NCBI GenBank assembly: GCA_029742005.1
Contig: GCA_029742005.1_4113.1
Origin: a phage
Reading direction: 5' to 3' (one strand)
DNA: 64,000 nt
Position 1 is the first letter of the stretch. The number at the start of each line of letters is the position of its first letter. Position numbers and translations under genes: made by a program. This document shows positions 8,919 to 18,007 of the stretch, piece by piece. The notes below the pieces were generated by a model. It was not told the DNA's origin, ran no database searches, and saw only the letters and a program-made list of their open reading frames with translations.

Positions 8919-9286
8919 TGGAAATTGCACTTATTATATTAACTGCTATGTTGTTTATTAGTACAATTGTTATTATTGGCAAGTTCTTCTGTGTATCCTT
9001 CTTGGAAACCGTATACGATGAAATTGCTGATGATTATGAATTACATGCGGGATTTTTTACTACGTATTGGATTAGTTTATTACTACTTATCACTGTATGG
9101 ATTTTACATATATTCAAATGGGGTATGGTAGATGGTGATCCAGTACTGGCAATTATCTGTGTAGTGTTTGGTCTACTCGGTGGTGCTGTCCATAATCTGA
9201 TGGTAATTTGGCAAACCGTACAATATGTATTAGTTCCACATTTTCAGAGAATGCACCAAAGCATCAAATACCGCAAACGAGGATAA
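8918..9286 (+). CDS. small multi-pass membrane protein, family A
   Basis: ATG at 8918 after RBS GAGGG (ORF track starts at GTG 8915). Confidence 0.55.
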   Translation: MEIALIILTAMLFISTIVIIGKFFCVSFLETVYDEIADDYELHAGFFTTYWISLLLLITVWILHIFKWGMVDGDPVLAIICVVFGLLGGAVHNLMVIWQTVQYVLVPHFQRMHQSIKYRKRG

Positions 9287-9287
9287 C

Positions 9288-9650
9288 ATGAATAATATTG
9301 AATTATCTTTTATTGGTCAATTAATGGTAATGGCGTATACATTTATCTTCTCACTGAATGCATTCGTGTGCATTGGGAAGTACTTCCATAAGCGACCATT
9401 ATCAAATATATATGATGTAATCCAAAAGAGATATAGTCCAGCATATACTGTGTTGGGTACAGTATTCAATTTTGGTTTTATTGTATTAATAATTGGACTG
9501 TTCACATCCTCTTTGAATACAATAACCTTCGGTCTTATGATATGTTCATTGGTATTAGCCGTAATTATATGTTGTTTAGTACTACACCTTGTGATACTAT
9601 TATATATAAAGATCTCTGAAATCCACCAACGTTTGGGTATGAGGAAATAA
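9288..9650 (+). CDS. small multi-pass membrane protein, family A
   Basis: RBS GAGGA; hydrophobic. Confidence 0.55.
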   Translation: MNNIELSFIGQLMVMAYTFIFSLNAFVCIGKYFHKRPLSNIYDVIQKRYSPAYTVLGTVFNFGFIVLIIGLFTSSLNTITFGLMICSLVLAVIICCLVLHLVILLYIKISEIHQRLGMRK

Positions 9651-9651
9651 T

Positions 9652-10023
9652 ATGAGTTACCGTGAGATATTTTCCATTATTTCAATTATTATGTTCAGTA
9701 CTGGAACACTGGTATGGTTATTATATTTCTTCTGTATTAATCCAGTGTATAATATGTTATGTAATATTAAATCAAGTGCCGGATATATCACTTTTATGGT
9801 CTTTATGGGATATTATTGTCTAAGCATTTTAGGTGTTGTTTTGGTTGTTATATTTGATGTGGGGCCAAATAGTGATGGTATGGAAATACATGAATTAATA
9901 ACCATGTTTGGATGTATGATACCAACAGCACTACTGTTTGTAGCTACTGGTAGTGGATTGATAAAATTATATAATTATTTAAAATCCATTCATAATTCCA
10001 TTCATAATAAGCGTATGTCATAA
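9652..10023 (+). CDS. small multi-pass membrane protein, family A
   Basis: RBS GAGGAA; hydrophobic. Confidence 0.55.
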   Translation: MSYREIFSIISIIMFSTGTLVWLLYFFCINPVYNMLCNIKSSAGYITFMVFMGYYCLSILGVVLVVIFDVGPNSDGMEIHELITMFGCMIPTALLFVATGSGLIKLYNYLKSIHNSIHNKRMS

Positions 10024-10065
10024 TAAAAAATCCAGTACTATTAAGTACTGGATGTATAAGGAGTT

Positions 10066-10728
10066 ATGATGAAATCAAAATTAGGTTTGTTTTATAAAAA
10101 CTATTTTGTTAAACAACGTAAATTTATAAAAAAATATTTCTCTGGTGAGAAGTCTAGTCCTATAATTTTTAAAAGACCAAGTTATAATACTTACTTAGCT
10201 GGTGCTAAACAGTCTAAGAAATTTATTACTCTTTTAAATAAAAACAAAATTAAAGCTTCTTATGTTGAAACGAGAAGAAACTCATCAATAACTCCTGGTG
10301 ATTTTATTGAGTACGGATGTTTCAATATTAAGTATAATGATAATACATACTTTATGGATATTGATTGTAATACATCCAATCTTTTTAACATTGTAGTAAA
10401 TCCATTAAAACAATATAATGTTTATGGTGATTCTATTATCAAATTAATAAAAAACAAAGATGGCTTTGATTTTGAAATAAATGTTTTAGATGATAATTTT
10501 GACGAAGTACCCGTAAACCCTGAAATCTGTGATATTTTAAACAGTTTAAAAGGTAGTACCTACAATATATCATCTGATTTAATGTTTCAGTACTCATTAA
10601 TCCATAAAGATATTGAAAAGTATATTGAATGCTCCAGAATTTTGAATTTTCTCTATGATGAATTTAAAAAGAGTTCTAAAATAACTGCATACACTTTGTA
10701 CAATATTCCTAAAATGGTGAATCTTTAA
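10066..10728 (+). CDS. hypothetical protein
   Basis: RBS AAGGAG; 220 aa; converges on the minus-strand block. Confidence 0.55.
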   Translation: MMKSKLGLFYKNYFVKQRKFIKKYFSGEKSSPIIFKRPSYNTYLAGAKQSKKFITLLNKNKIKASYVETRRNSSITPGDFIEYGCFNIKYNDNTYFMDIDCNTSNLFNIVVNPLKQYNVYGDSIIKLIKNKDGFDFEINVLDDNFDEVPVNPEICDILNSLKGSTYNISSDLMFQYSLIHKDIEKYIECSRILNFLYDEFKKSSKITAYTLYNIPKMVNL

Positions 10729-11132
10729 CAAATACAGTACTGGCAACTCCACCGTCTGTAATATATTGTCCAGTACTGTAAATTTGTATACCATCGGTTA
10801 AGTAAGTTCTGTATAAAGTTGCTGTAACATATACGTTATTCATATTCATCTCTATTGGTAGTACACATTTGGTATAGGCCGACACATCTGTTTGTGTACC
10901 TATACCCAATTGACCTGCGTTATCGCCTGTGTTATTACCAGTTGCGTAAACACCCAATGAAGTTATAATATGATTAGAAAAATATGAATAACCCAAACTC
11001 TTGAGATTCTCTACTGTACAACGTACCATCTGACATAAGGGCAAAAACTGTTGTATCAGATGAAGCTATTTTTGTTACAGAAGGTTGTATGTTCTGTTTT
11101 GATGATGTGATAATTCTTCGAAAGGGTAGCAT
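10709..11132 (-). pseudogene. truncated/frameshifted RCC1-like paralog
   Basis: MLPFRR start after GGAGGA at 11132; frame breaks in 10974-11044; downstream frame has GNNTGDNAGQLGIG; total about 170 aa versus 370-395 aa for paralogs. Confidence 0.4.
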
Positions 11133-11203
11133 TGTATCCTCCAAATGTAAATCGTTATTATATTTAGGACAAAAAATGCCAGTACAAGGCACTGGCATAA
11201 AAT

Positions 11204-12373
11204 CTAAGCAGAAGGCATATCCTTCATCTTAATAAATGAAAATTGTGTACCAGTATTTGTGGTTTGATCAGTAAAATATGAATTACTACCAGCCCAGTAC
11301 AATTCATTATTAACTATACAATATATAACAGAACTCGAACTCTGTGAATACACACGACTTATATTTGATGGTTCTACTCCAGTACTGAACTGAACCGAAC
11401 CCAACTGTGAACTTGGTATCACATCAGTTGGTCTACCTAAACCATTAACACCAGCCCCACCACCACATGTATATACCCCAGTACTATCAGTTGATATATT
11501 AACATAACCATTCCCGGCATTTTCAAATAGTATTTCACTGGGAGCAACACCAAATCCTGTAAGATCTATTTTCCTGAATGTAGTGTAAACAGTAGAACCA
11601 CCAACACCTCTTCCACCATAATCATTAGAACCAGCCATATAGATACTATATCCAGAACTTCCTAAACATAATAACTGTACGTTGTCATATAATATTTGCA
11701 TAGATATAACGTTATCAGGAATACTCAATACCGTAAAAGTAGTTAAAGAAGAACTTCCAATATTACTACCAACCGATGTTCCACATCTGTAGTACTTACC
11801 GCCTTTTATATAATGGAACGATGAACCCCCTAACTTATGTGCTCCTATTGCACTTACCTCAGTATCTATGAGAATGGGAGATACAACTTTGTTATTAACA
11901 CCTAACTCAGATCTACTGTTCATACCGAACCCATATAAACGACCATCTAACATCAATATTAGTGTACTACCGGAAGTACCCGCTGACGTAAATTCTATAT
12001 TCTTTATTTGCGACACGTCAATACCTACAAATAATGAAGTTACTTCAGTCCAGTTAACATATGAACCACTAGCCCCAAAATATCCACCCATGTATAGACC
12101 TGCACAATATAATTTATTATCAACAGTCTTTATTAATGTACCGGATACACACGCCCAAAAATCATCAACTTCATAGGGTACATGTACCCAACCACCTAAT
12201 ACATCACTAGCATCCCCTGTACCTAATTTATAGTTCGAACCAGAACCACGCATGTACATATTCCCTGTACTATAAAGTAATCCGACATGTAATTGACTAC
12301 CATCCAATTTCTTTATTTCGGGAAGAGTTGGTTTAATATTTCCGTACTTTAACATTCTTCCAAAAGGTAACAT
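11204..12373 (-). CDS. RCC1-like repeat (beta-propeller) protein, MLPF family
   Basis: Start MLPFGRMLKYGN after AAAGGAGGAA; G-x-N-x-x-G-x-LG-like repeats. Confidence 0.6.
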   Translation of the reverse strand: MLPFGRMLKYGNIKPTLPEIKKLDGSQLHVGLLYSTGNMYMRGSGSNYKLGTGDASDVLGGWVHVPYEVDDFWACVSGTLIKTVDNKLYCAGLYMGGYFGASGSYVNWTEVTSLFVGIDVSQIKNIEFTSAGTSGSTLILMLDGRLYGFGMNSRSELGVNNKVVSPILIDTEVSAIGAHKLGGSSFHYIKGGKYYRCGTSVGSNIGSSSLTTFTVLSIPDNVISMQILYDNVQLLCLGSSGYSIYMAGSNDYGGRGVGGSTVYTTFRKIDLTGFGVAPSEILFENAGNGYVNISTDSTGVYTCGGGAGVNGLGRPTDVIPSSQLGSVQFSTGVEPSNISRVYSQSSSSVIYCIVNNELYWAGSNSYFTDQTTNTGTQFSFIKMKDMPSA

Positions 12374-12399
12374 AATTCCTCCTTTATTCATTATACTAT

Positions 12400-12437
12400 A
12401 TTTAATACAAAAAGAAAAGCCAGTACAGAGTACTGGC
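12400..12437 (-). terminator. terminator hairpin GCCAGTAC-N3-GTACTGGC with T-run on minus strand
   Basis: Perfect 8-bp stem; minus-strand transcript reads hairpin then TTTTCTTTTT. Confidence 0.55.
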
Positions 12438-12444
12438 CTATATT

Positions 12445-13164
12445 TTAGACTGAATTGTTAGGATAATATCTCCCACGTCCCCATATTATTCGCACAGCAC
12501 CACCACCAGCAGCCGTATAAGAAAAATTATCCCATATACTACCACCACCACCATACATCTTACCAGCACCACCACTACCAGCACCACCATTATATGAACC
12601 ATCGTATCTACCGCCAATACCATTAGCACCTTGAACAATGATACCAGTACCACCACCCGTACCAATGAACGAGGTATTATAGAATGCACCACCACCGCCG
12701 CCGCCGCCAGCACCATTTTCACCAGTGATTGCATCTCCGTTACCACCTTTACCAGTGTAGCCACCAGCACCACCACCAATGACTGCACCACCACTTACAC
12801 CAGCGTTGCCCCCATTACCACCACCATCATTAATAGCGTTAGCAGCTTTCCCACCTAGTCCACCAACCCTATATTCACCAGTGAAGCTAACACATAGTTT
12901 TTCAGTTCCACGATATAAACCGTTTTCAACTGGTGTAGTAGTGTTGGGATGTGTAAGAGAAACACTTAAGTACTCACCACTAGTAACCGGAATATTATTA
13001 CGCCACGATAAGCCGCCACCAGCACCACGTTGACCACCCGGCGAAATAACACATACTGATATTTCGGTAACGCCAGCAGGAACTGTAAATTGTGTTGTTC
13101 CTATTGTCGTGATTAATTGTTCACCATGTGGCTTATATTCAATTTTATTCCCTCCTTTATTCAT
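12445..13164 (-). CDS. glycine-rich repeat protein (possible fibre-like structural protein)
   Basis: 239 aa, long GGxGG runs in C-terminal two thirds; same upstream module as RCC1 genes. Confidence 0.55.
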   Translation of the reverse strand: MNKGGNKIEYKPHGEQLITTIGTTQFTVPAGVTEISVCVISPGGQRGAGGGLSWRNNIPVTSGEYLSVSLTHPNTTTPVENGLYRGTEKLCVSFTGEYRVGGLGGKAANAINDGGGNGGNAGVSGGAVIGGGAGGYTGKGGNGDAITGENGAGGGGGGGAFYNTSFIGTGGGTGIIVQGANGIGGRYDGSYNGGAGSGGAGKMYGGGGSIWDNFSYTAAGGGAVRIIWGRGRYYPNNSV

Positions 13165-13180
13165 TATAATATATTTAATA

Positions 13181-13211
13181 CAAAAAAGAAAAGCCAGTAC
13201 TCTGTACTGGC
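13181..13211 (-). terminator. terminator hairpin GCCAGTAC-N3-GTACTGGC with T-run
   Basis: Same hairpin as 12419-12437. Confidence 0.55.
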
Positions 13212-13218
13212 TTTTACA

Positions 13219-14409
13219 TTACAATTGTCTAGGTGTATCCAGTACATATCTATTTGTACGAGGACCACCATCATCATGCGTTCCGGTTGAATATATATTT
13301 TTCATATCAGCAGTTAGGAAAGTACGATACGAACCGCGATATATTTTAATTTTATCATACATAGAATATGTTATTCCTGACGGCAATGGACATGCAGTAA
13401 ATTTACCAATGGTAACATTAGAACCAACACCTAATGTACCAGCATAACCACTCGCATTTAAACCAGTTGCATATACACCTGTACTCGTAACTAGTATACT
13501 AGATTGTGATGCATATCCAGTATGGATTGAATAATAAGTTCCTGATGGTAATGTAGTACTATTATTCCCTAATACTGCTAGTGCTGTACTATTCGTAGTG
13601 TTATTACCCCATGCCCCATTATTAGCTAATCCACCAACTAGAAACTGACGTGCTCCTGTATTTGGATTCTCCACTAAAGCACTGACAGCACCAAATGAAC
13701 AAACAGTATATTGTAATGTTTTTGTATATGTGGTACTTGGCTTATACAAAGTATATTCATTAAATGGTGTCCATGTGGTACTAGTACTTATGCCAGATGT
13801 ACTACCACCAATATATAAATTATTTTGTGTATCAAAAAACATTGCACAGTAATTTGTTGACTGTATTTGTGCAATATCTACATCTGGTGTTACCGCTTTA
13901 ACAAATGAACCATCTGATATTTGATAAGTAGTTCCTGTACCATCTGCGAATTGTCTAGCACTATTCCACCCTGTACTCCATATTGTATTATTATCCATTA
14001 AGAAAGTAAACCATGTAGTACCTGCATACATCTGTTTAATTGAAGTACTTGAACTTTGTTTGTACAATTTTTCAATATATTGGTTATAACTTAAAAATGA
14101 TGTAGTACTAGTTTCTAAACCAATATGACTACCATATCCACAATAAAAATAATTTAAGTCCTTATCTTGAACTAACAAAGTTCCTTGTGTCATCCAGCAA
14201 TCTTTGACATTTTCTCTAATTAATGTCCACGACCTTACTGCATTATTATTTCCTCTACCAAACTTCCCAAAACTATTACTGCCTCGTGCGTATAGTTGAC
14301 CGTCGGTATAAAGTACAACAACCTCAGTATCAGTTGGTATTATTTTCTTAATTTGAAGAGGTTCAGGTGTGATATTCCCATAATCAAACATTCTAACAAA
14401 AGGTAACAT
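13219..14409 (-). CDS. RCC1-like repeat protein, MLPF family
   Basis: MLPFVRMFDYGN; RBS AAGGAGGAAAT; repeats such as YARGSNSFGKFGRGNN. Confidence 0.6.
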   Translation of the reverse strand: MLPFVRMFDYGNITPEPLQIKKIIPTDTEVVVLYTDGQLYARGSNSFGKFGRGNNNAVRSWTLIRENVKDCWMTQGTLLVQDKDLNYFYCGYGSHIGLETSTTSFLSYNQYIEKLYKQSSSTSIKQMYAGTTWFTFLMDNNTIWSTGWNSARQFADGTGTTYQISDGSFVKAVTPDVDIAQIQSTNYCAMFFDTQNNLYIGGSTSGISTSTTWTPFNEYTLYKPSTTYTKTLQYTVCSFGAVSALVENPNTGARQFLVGGLANNGAWGNNTTNSTALAVLGNNSTTLPSGTYYSIHTGYASQSSILVTSTGVYATGLNASGYAGTLGVGSNVTIGKFTACPLPSGITYSMYDKIKIYRGSYRTFLTADMKNIYSTGTHDDGGPRTNRYVLDTPRQL

Positions 14410-14478
14410 ATTTCCTCCTTATTCATTATACTATATTTAATACAAATAAGAATGCCAGTATCAAGTACTGGCATTATG

Positions 14479-15588
14479 TTATTTTGGTAAATCAATTTTA
14501 GTAAAGACTGCAACATCCTCGATTGCACCTGGAATGGCGTAATACGATCCAGTACTATACACATCTCCATTTTTGGTTAATATCGATGTCAAACCATCAC
14601 TAAAAAGAACATCCCTAATCTCACTAACTTCAACGGGTAATTGTAAATTGGTAGCACTATATATAGCACCAGTTTGAGAATTGTTTAATCCCAAACCACG
14701 GTTCGCCCCAACACCCTTCTGATATGTACTAGTAATTACCATTTGTGTAGCAGTATTTAAGGCAGGTGAATTCGTCATAAACAACGGAGAACTATTAGGC
14801 AAAGTACTTACAGGAACGGCACGGAATGTAGTCGTGCCTGAACTAAGAAAGTTTGGAGTTTGACCACATACGAAATATGATGTACCATTATAGTAATTGA
14901 ATGCATTACCACCAATGGCTGCATCGATTACACCAGAACTACGCAATCCCCAAGTGTTAATTTGTGTTTGGTTCCCCGTACCATGCTGTCCACTACTATT
15001 CCATCCAGAACTATATAGCTTATTATCTAATGTAAGATACATACTATCATTCGCATTGGTCATTACTTTACGAACGTTCGTAGCACATTGAGTTAATGTG
15101 TAAATTGATGAGGAACCAATACCCAAAGAACCACGATATCCATTATCTCCTGCACCATAGAGTACTGAATTAGTGCTAAGTACAAATATTAAACCATTTG
15201 TACATACAATATTAGCAATTTCACTTACTGGTATAGCATTGGTAAACCAATTAGTCCTTTCAACTAATACAGTACTGTAAGAAGTAGTTGTAGAAGATGA
15301 GAACCAGTACGTTTGACCTGATGTCCATATCGTATTATCATTTTTAATAATAACAAGTGTACGATCACCCACGAAAAAATTAGAAACATCTGCACTTACT
15401 AATATCCATGAAGATACCGTGTTGGTATTACCATTTCCAGATTCACCACCTTGATTTCTACCTATGTAATATAAATCATGTGAATCAGTCAATAAGAATT
15501 GACCTTGTGTAGAAGCACCAACTTTAATTATATTTTTAGGACCAGGTACAATATTTCCGTACTTAACCATTCTTGCAAAAGGTAACAT
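14479..15588 (-). CDS. RCC1-like repeat protein, MLPF family
   Basis: MLPFARMVKYGN start; 369 aa. Confidence 0.6.
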   Translation of the reverse strand: MLPFARMVKYGNIVPGPKNIIKVGASTQGQFLLTDSHDLYYIGRNQGGESGNGNTNTVSSWILVSADVSNFFVGDRTLVIIKNDNTIWTSGQTYWFSSSTTTSYSTVLVERTNWFTNAIPVSEIANIVCTNGLIFVLSTNSVLYGAGDNGYRGSLGIGSSSIYTLTQCATNVRKVMTNANDSMYLTLDNKLYSSGWNSSGQHGTGNQTQINTWGLRSSGVIDAAIGGNAFNYYNGTSYFVCGQTPNFLSSGTTTFRAVPVSTLPNSSPLFMTNSPALNTATQMVITSTYQKGVGANRGLGLNNSQTGAIYSATNLQLPVEVSEIRDVLFSDGLTSILTKNGDVYSTGSYYAIPGAIEDVAVFTKIDLPK

Positions 15589-15598
15589 AATTCTCTCC

Positions 15599-16729
15599 TT
15601 AATTTAATAATGCCCCTGGCAAATCCACTTTGACGAATTGTGCATATGCTGAGGAATTTTGATCAAAGTTTGGTCCCAATCCATAAAATGAGCTAATGCC
15701 GTCTTCATTTGTGTATATGATATAAACGTTCTTTACATCATTTCCGCATATAAATCGAATGTCTTTCGTTTGTGTTCCCGCTGGAACATTACGAAGGTTC
15801 ACAACGCCATTACTTGCATTGTTATCAGCCGACGCAATTGGTAATTGATTTTGACCATATTGACCACGCATATTTTTTGCATCTAAACCAAACACAGTAT
15901 TTGATACCGCACCAACTTTCAAAAATGAACCAAAACTATTATTGAATGACTTTGGAAATGTACCACTATAAACACTTCTCCCATCTGATAATACCGCTGA
16001 ACTGAATTTCCCGTTATTCGATATGGCAAATTCATTGTAAGGAAGTGTACCCATTTTGGTATATACAGAATATGAATTAGTGGAAGTATTATCAATAATC
16101 TTATTACCATTATATCCAATACCATACTGGTATCCGTCTGCATCTTGAACTATACACAAAGGACCACTTGGGGTTTGTGTCAACGAAACAACACGTTCAA
16201 CTTGTATATCACCAAATGTATTTCTTCGCCATGTTCTATCTATTATAGTACTAGTATTACCCAAAGATAATTCCACACTATATAATAGATTGTTTTCAGT
16301 AAAAATGGCAACATAATATGCGTGGTTAATAACTTGCTTCATCCCAGCATCAATAACTTCCTGTGGAATATGATCAGTAACATCCAACCAATCAAGGTTA
16401 GATGATGCAATATCTGGAGTACTGAATTTGTCAAATCTAGTTGAGCCACAAACTAGCACTCTATCATCATTTGTCAAAGCCACTGTGCTAGTCTGCATAT
16501 TAGAACTGAATGATTTAACATTACTAATGTTAGACTTGTACCAACCCTTATCAGCAGCACCCACCGTGAATCCGGTTCCCATTGATCCACTTGTACTTGT
16601 ACCATAAGCCCACATCTCACCACTATATGTTAGTGCCATACAGTGGCTTCCATTTGCTTGGAAATCCTTTATACCAGTGGGAGCAACCACTGTATTCCCA
16701 TAATCAAACATTCTAACAAAAGGTAACAT
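15599..16729 (-). CDS. RCC1-like repeat protein, MLPF family
   Basis: MLPFVRMFDYGN after GGAGAT; track start MEILV is the SD region. Confidence 0.6.
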   Translation of the reverse strand: MLPFVRMFDYGNTVVAPTGIKDFQANGSHCMALTYSGEMWAYGTSTSGSMGTGFTVGAADKGWYKSNISNVKSFSSNMQTSTVALTNDDRVLVCGSTRFDKFSTPDIASSNLDWLDVTDHIPQEVIDAGMKQVINHAYYVAIFTENNLLYSVELSLGNTSTIIDRTWRRNTFGDIQVERVVSLTQTPSGPLCIVQDADGYQYGIGYNGNKIIDNTSTNSYSVYTKMGTLPYNEFAISNNGKFSSAVLSDGRSVYSGTFPKSFNNSFGSFLKVGAVSNTVFGLDAKNMRGQYGQNQLPIASADNNASNGVVNLRNVPAGTQTKDIRFICGNDVKNVYIIYTNEDGISSFYGLGPNFDQNSSAYAQFVKVDLPGALLN

Positions 16730-16804
16730 AACTAAAATCTCCATATAATAATTATAATGTATTTACAAAAAAATACCAGTACATATTTCAGTACTGGCAT
16801 TTTG

Positions 16805-17932
16805 TTAAAATGGTAAATCTATTTGTTTAGTAAATGTCATACTTAGTGGTATTGAACACATTGACGCATTTCTCCCATTTAAATTGGACGGAGGCTGTCC
16901 GTTCATCCATATATTGGTATCGTCGTAAAAAGTACTCCACCACGTAGAACCTTCCGTATGAAGATTAATATTAAAATCAGGGAATTGACATTCTTGAAAA
17001 ACATCAAAAAACGGGATAGATGATACACTACTACCAGTAAATGGAGTGTAGCCTGTTGACATTAATTTATTAGTATCCGAATTTACCAAAAAGATAACAG
17101 AACCAGTATTGAATGGTGAATATTTTGGATACAAATTACTCATATCACCGATAGTGAAGTTGATATCAAATATTTTACTATGCTTACCAGTTCCTGAAAG
17201 TGTAGTACCAGTTACATATATTTTATTATCAGTTGTTCCCATGACAAACCCAATTCCAAATCCCACACAAAATGTTATGTCATATGGTATATTATCAAAG
17301 AGTGGGACAAACGTTGTGGCATCACCAGTAGTAGCTTTTATTTGATAGCTATTATTTGCCCCAGCACCCCAAACAGTACCATTTGATTTCACTTTGAATA
17401 TACTATCTCCTATGTAGTGACCGTATATACTATCAACTTCAGTATCAAGTTTTGTCCATTGTGATACAAAGTTTTTATGCCCTAAACCTAAACAACCATT
17501 GCGGTTTAGTCCCCTGCCGTATAGTGTACCATCATTCATCAGTACAAATGTTGTGTATCCACAAAGCATTTTTTTGATTTGTGTAACATCAATACCAGCA
17601 AAAAAACCACTCCAATCAGTATATCCTTGTTGGATTGCGTTTGATTTGGTGAATGACATAGTTGGTCCTGAACCATATATTTTACCATCTTTTATAATCA
17701 CTGAATAAGAACCTAACCATACATCTTGAACATTCTCACTAATTGTTTTCAATTCACCATATGCAGAGAATGGAGTACTTTGCCCTGCACTATATGATGA
17801 ATCTTCACCGTGTGCATATAATGTTCCATTTTCTGTTAGAATCATTTCCAAATATACACAATTGACAATTTTCTTTATTTTATTAACTTCTATTTTATTT
17901 CCGTACGCTAACATCCTTGCAAAAGGTAACAT
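16805..17932 (-). CDS. RCC1-like repeat protein, MLPF family
   Basis: MLPFARMLAYGN; YGRGLNRNGCLGLGH repeat. Confidence 0.6.
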   Translation of the reverse strand: MLPFARMLAYGNKIEVNKIKKIVNCVYLEMILTENGTLYAHGEDSSYSAGQSTPFSAYGELKTISENVQDVWLGSYSVIIKDGKIYGSGPTMSFTKSNAIQQGYTDWSGFFAGIDVTQIKKMLCGYTTFVLMNDGTLYGRGLNRNGCLGLGHKNFVSQWTKLDTEVDSIYGHYIGDSIFKVKSNGTVWGAGANNSYQIKATTGDATTFVPLFDNIPYDITFCVGFGIGFVMGTTDNKIYVTGTTLSGTGKHSKIFDINFTIGDMSNLYPKYSPFNTGSVIFLVNSDTNKLMSTGYTPFTGSSVSSIPFFDVFQECQFPDFNINLHTEGSTWWSTFYDDTNIWMNGQPPSNLNGRNASMCSIPLSMTFTKQIDLPF

Positions 17933-18007
17933 AACTAAAATCTCCATATAATAATTATAATGTATTTACAAAAAAATACCAGCACATATTTCAGTACTGG
18001 TATAATG

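Noticed and set aside
10974-11044. Programmed ribosomal frameshift in the short RCC1 paralog
   Set aside because: No obvious slippery heptamer or downstream pseudoknot, and the product would still be half-length; decay is the simpler reading, so it is kept only as a low-confidence alternative.
11868-12176. Forward-strand ORFs inside the RCC1 block (for example 11868..12176, 12631..12858, 12779..13033, 14897..15091, 17109..17345)
   Set aside because: They lie antisense to long paralog-supported minus-strand genes; the Thr/Pro/Ala-rich products are the complement of Gly-rich codons, with no RBS.
12373-12391. N-terminal extensions MNKGG.. and MEILV.. on RCC1 genes in the ORF track
   Set aside because: The upstream ATG sits inside the TATAATGAATAAAGGAGG box, so its codons are the Shine-Dalgarno sequence itself; the conserved MLPF ATG 15-18 nt downstream is the properly spaced start.
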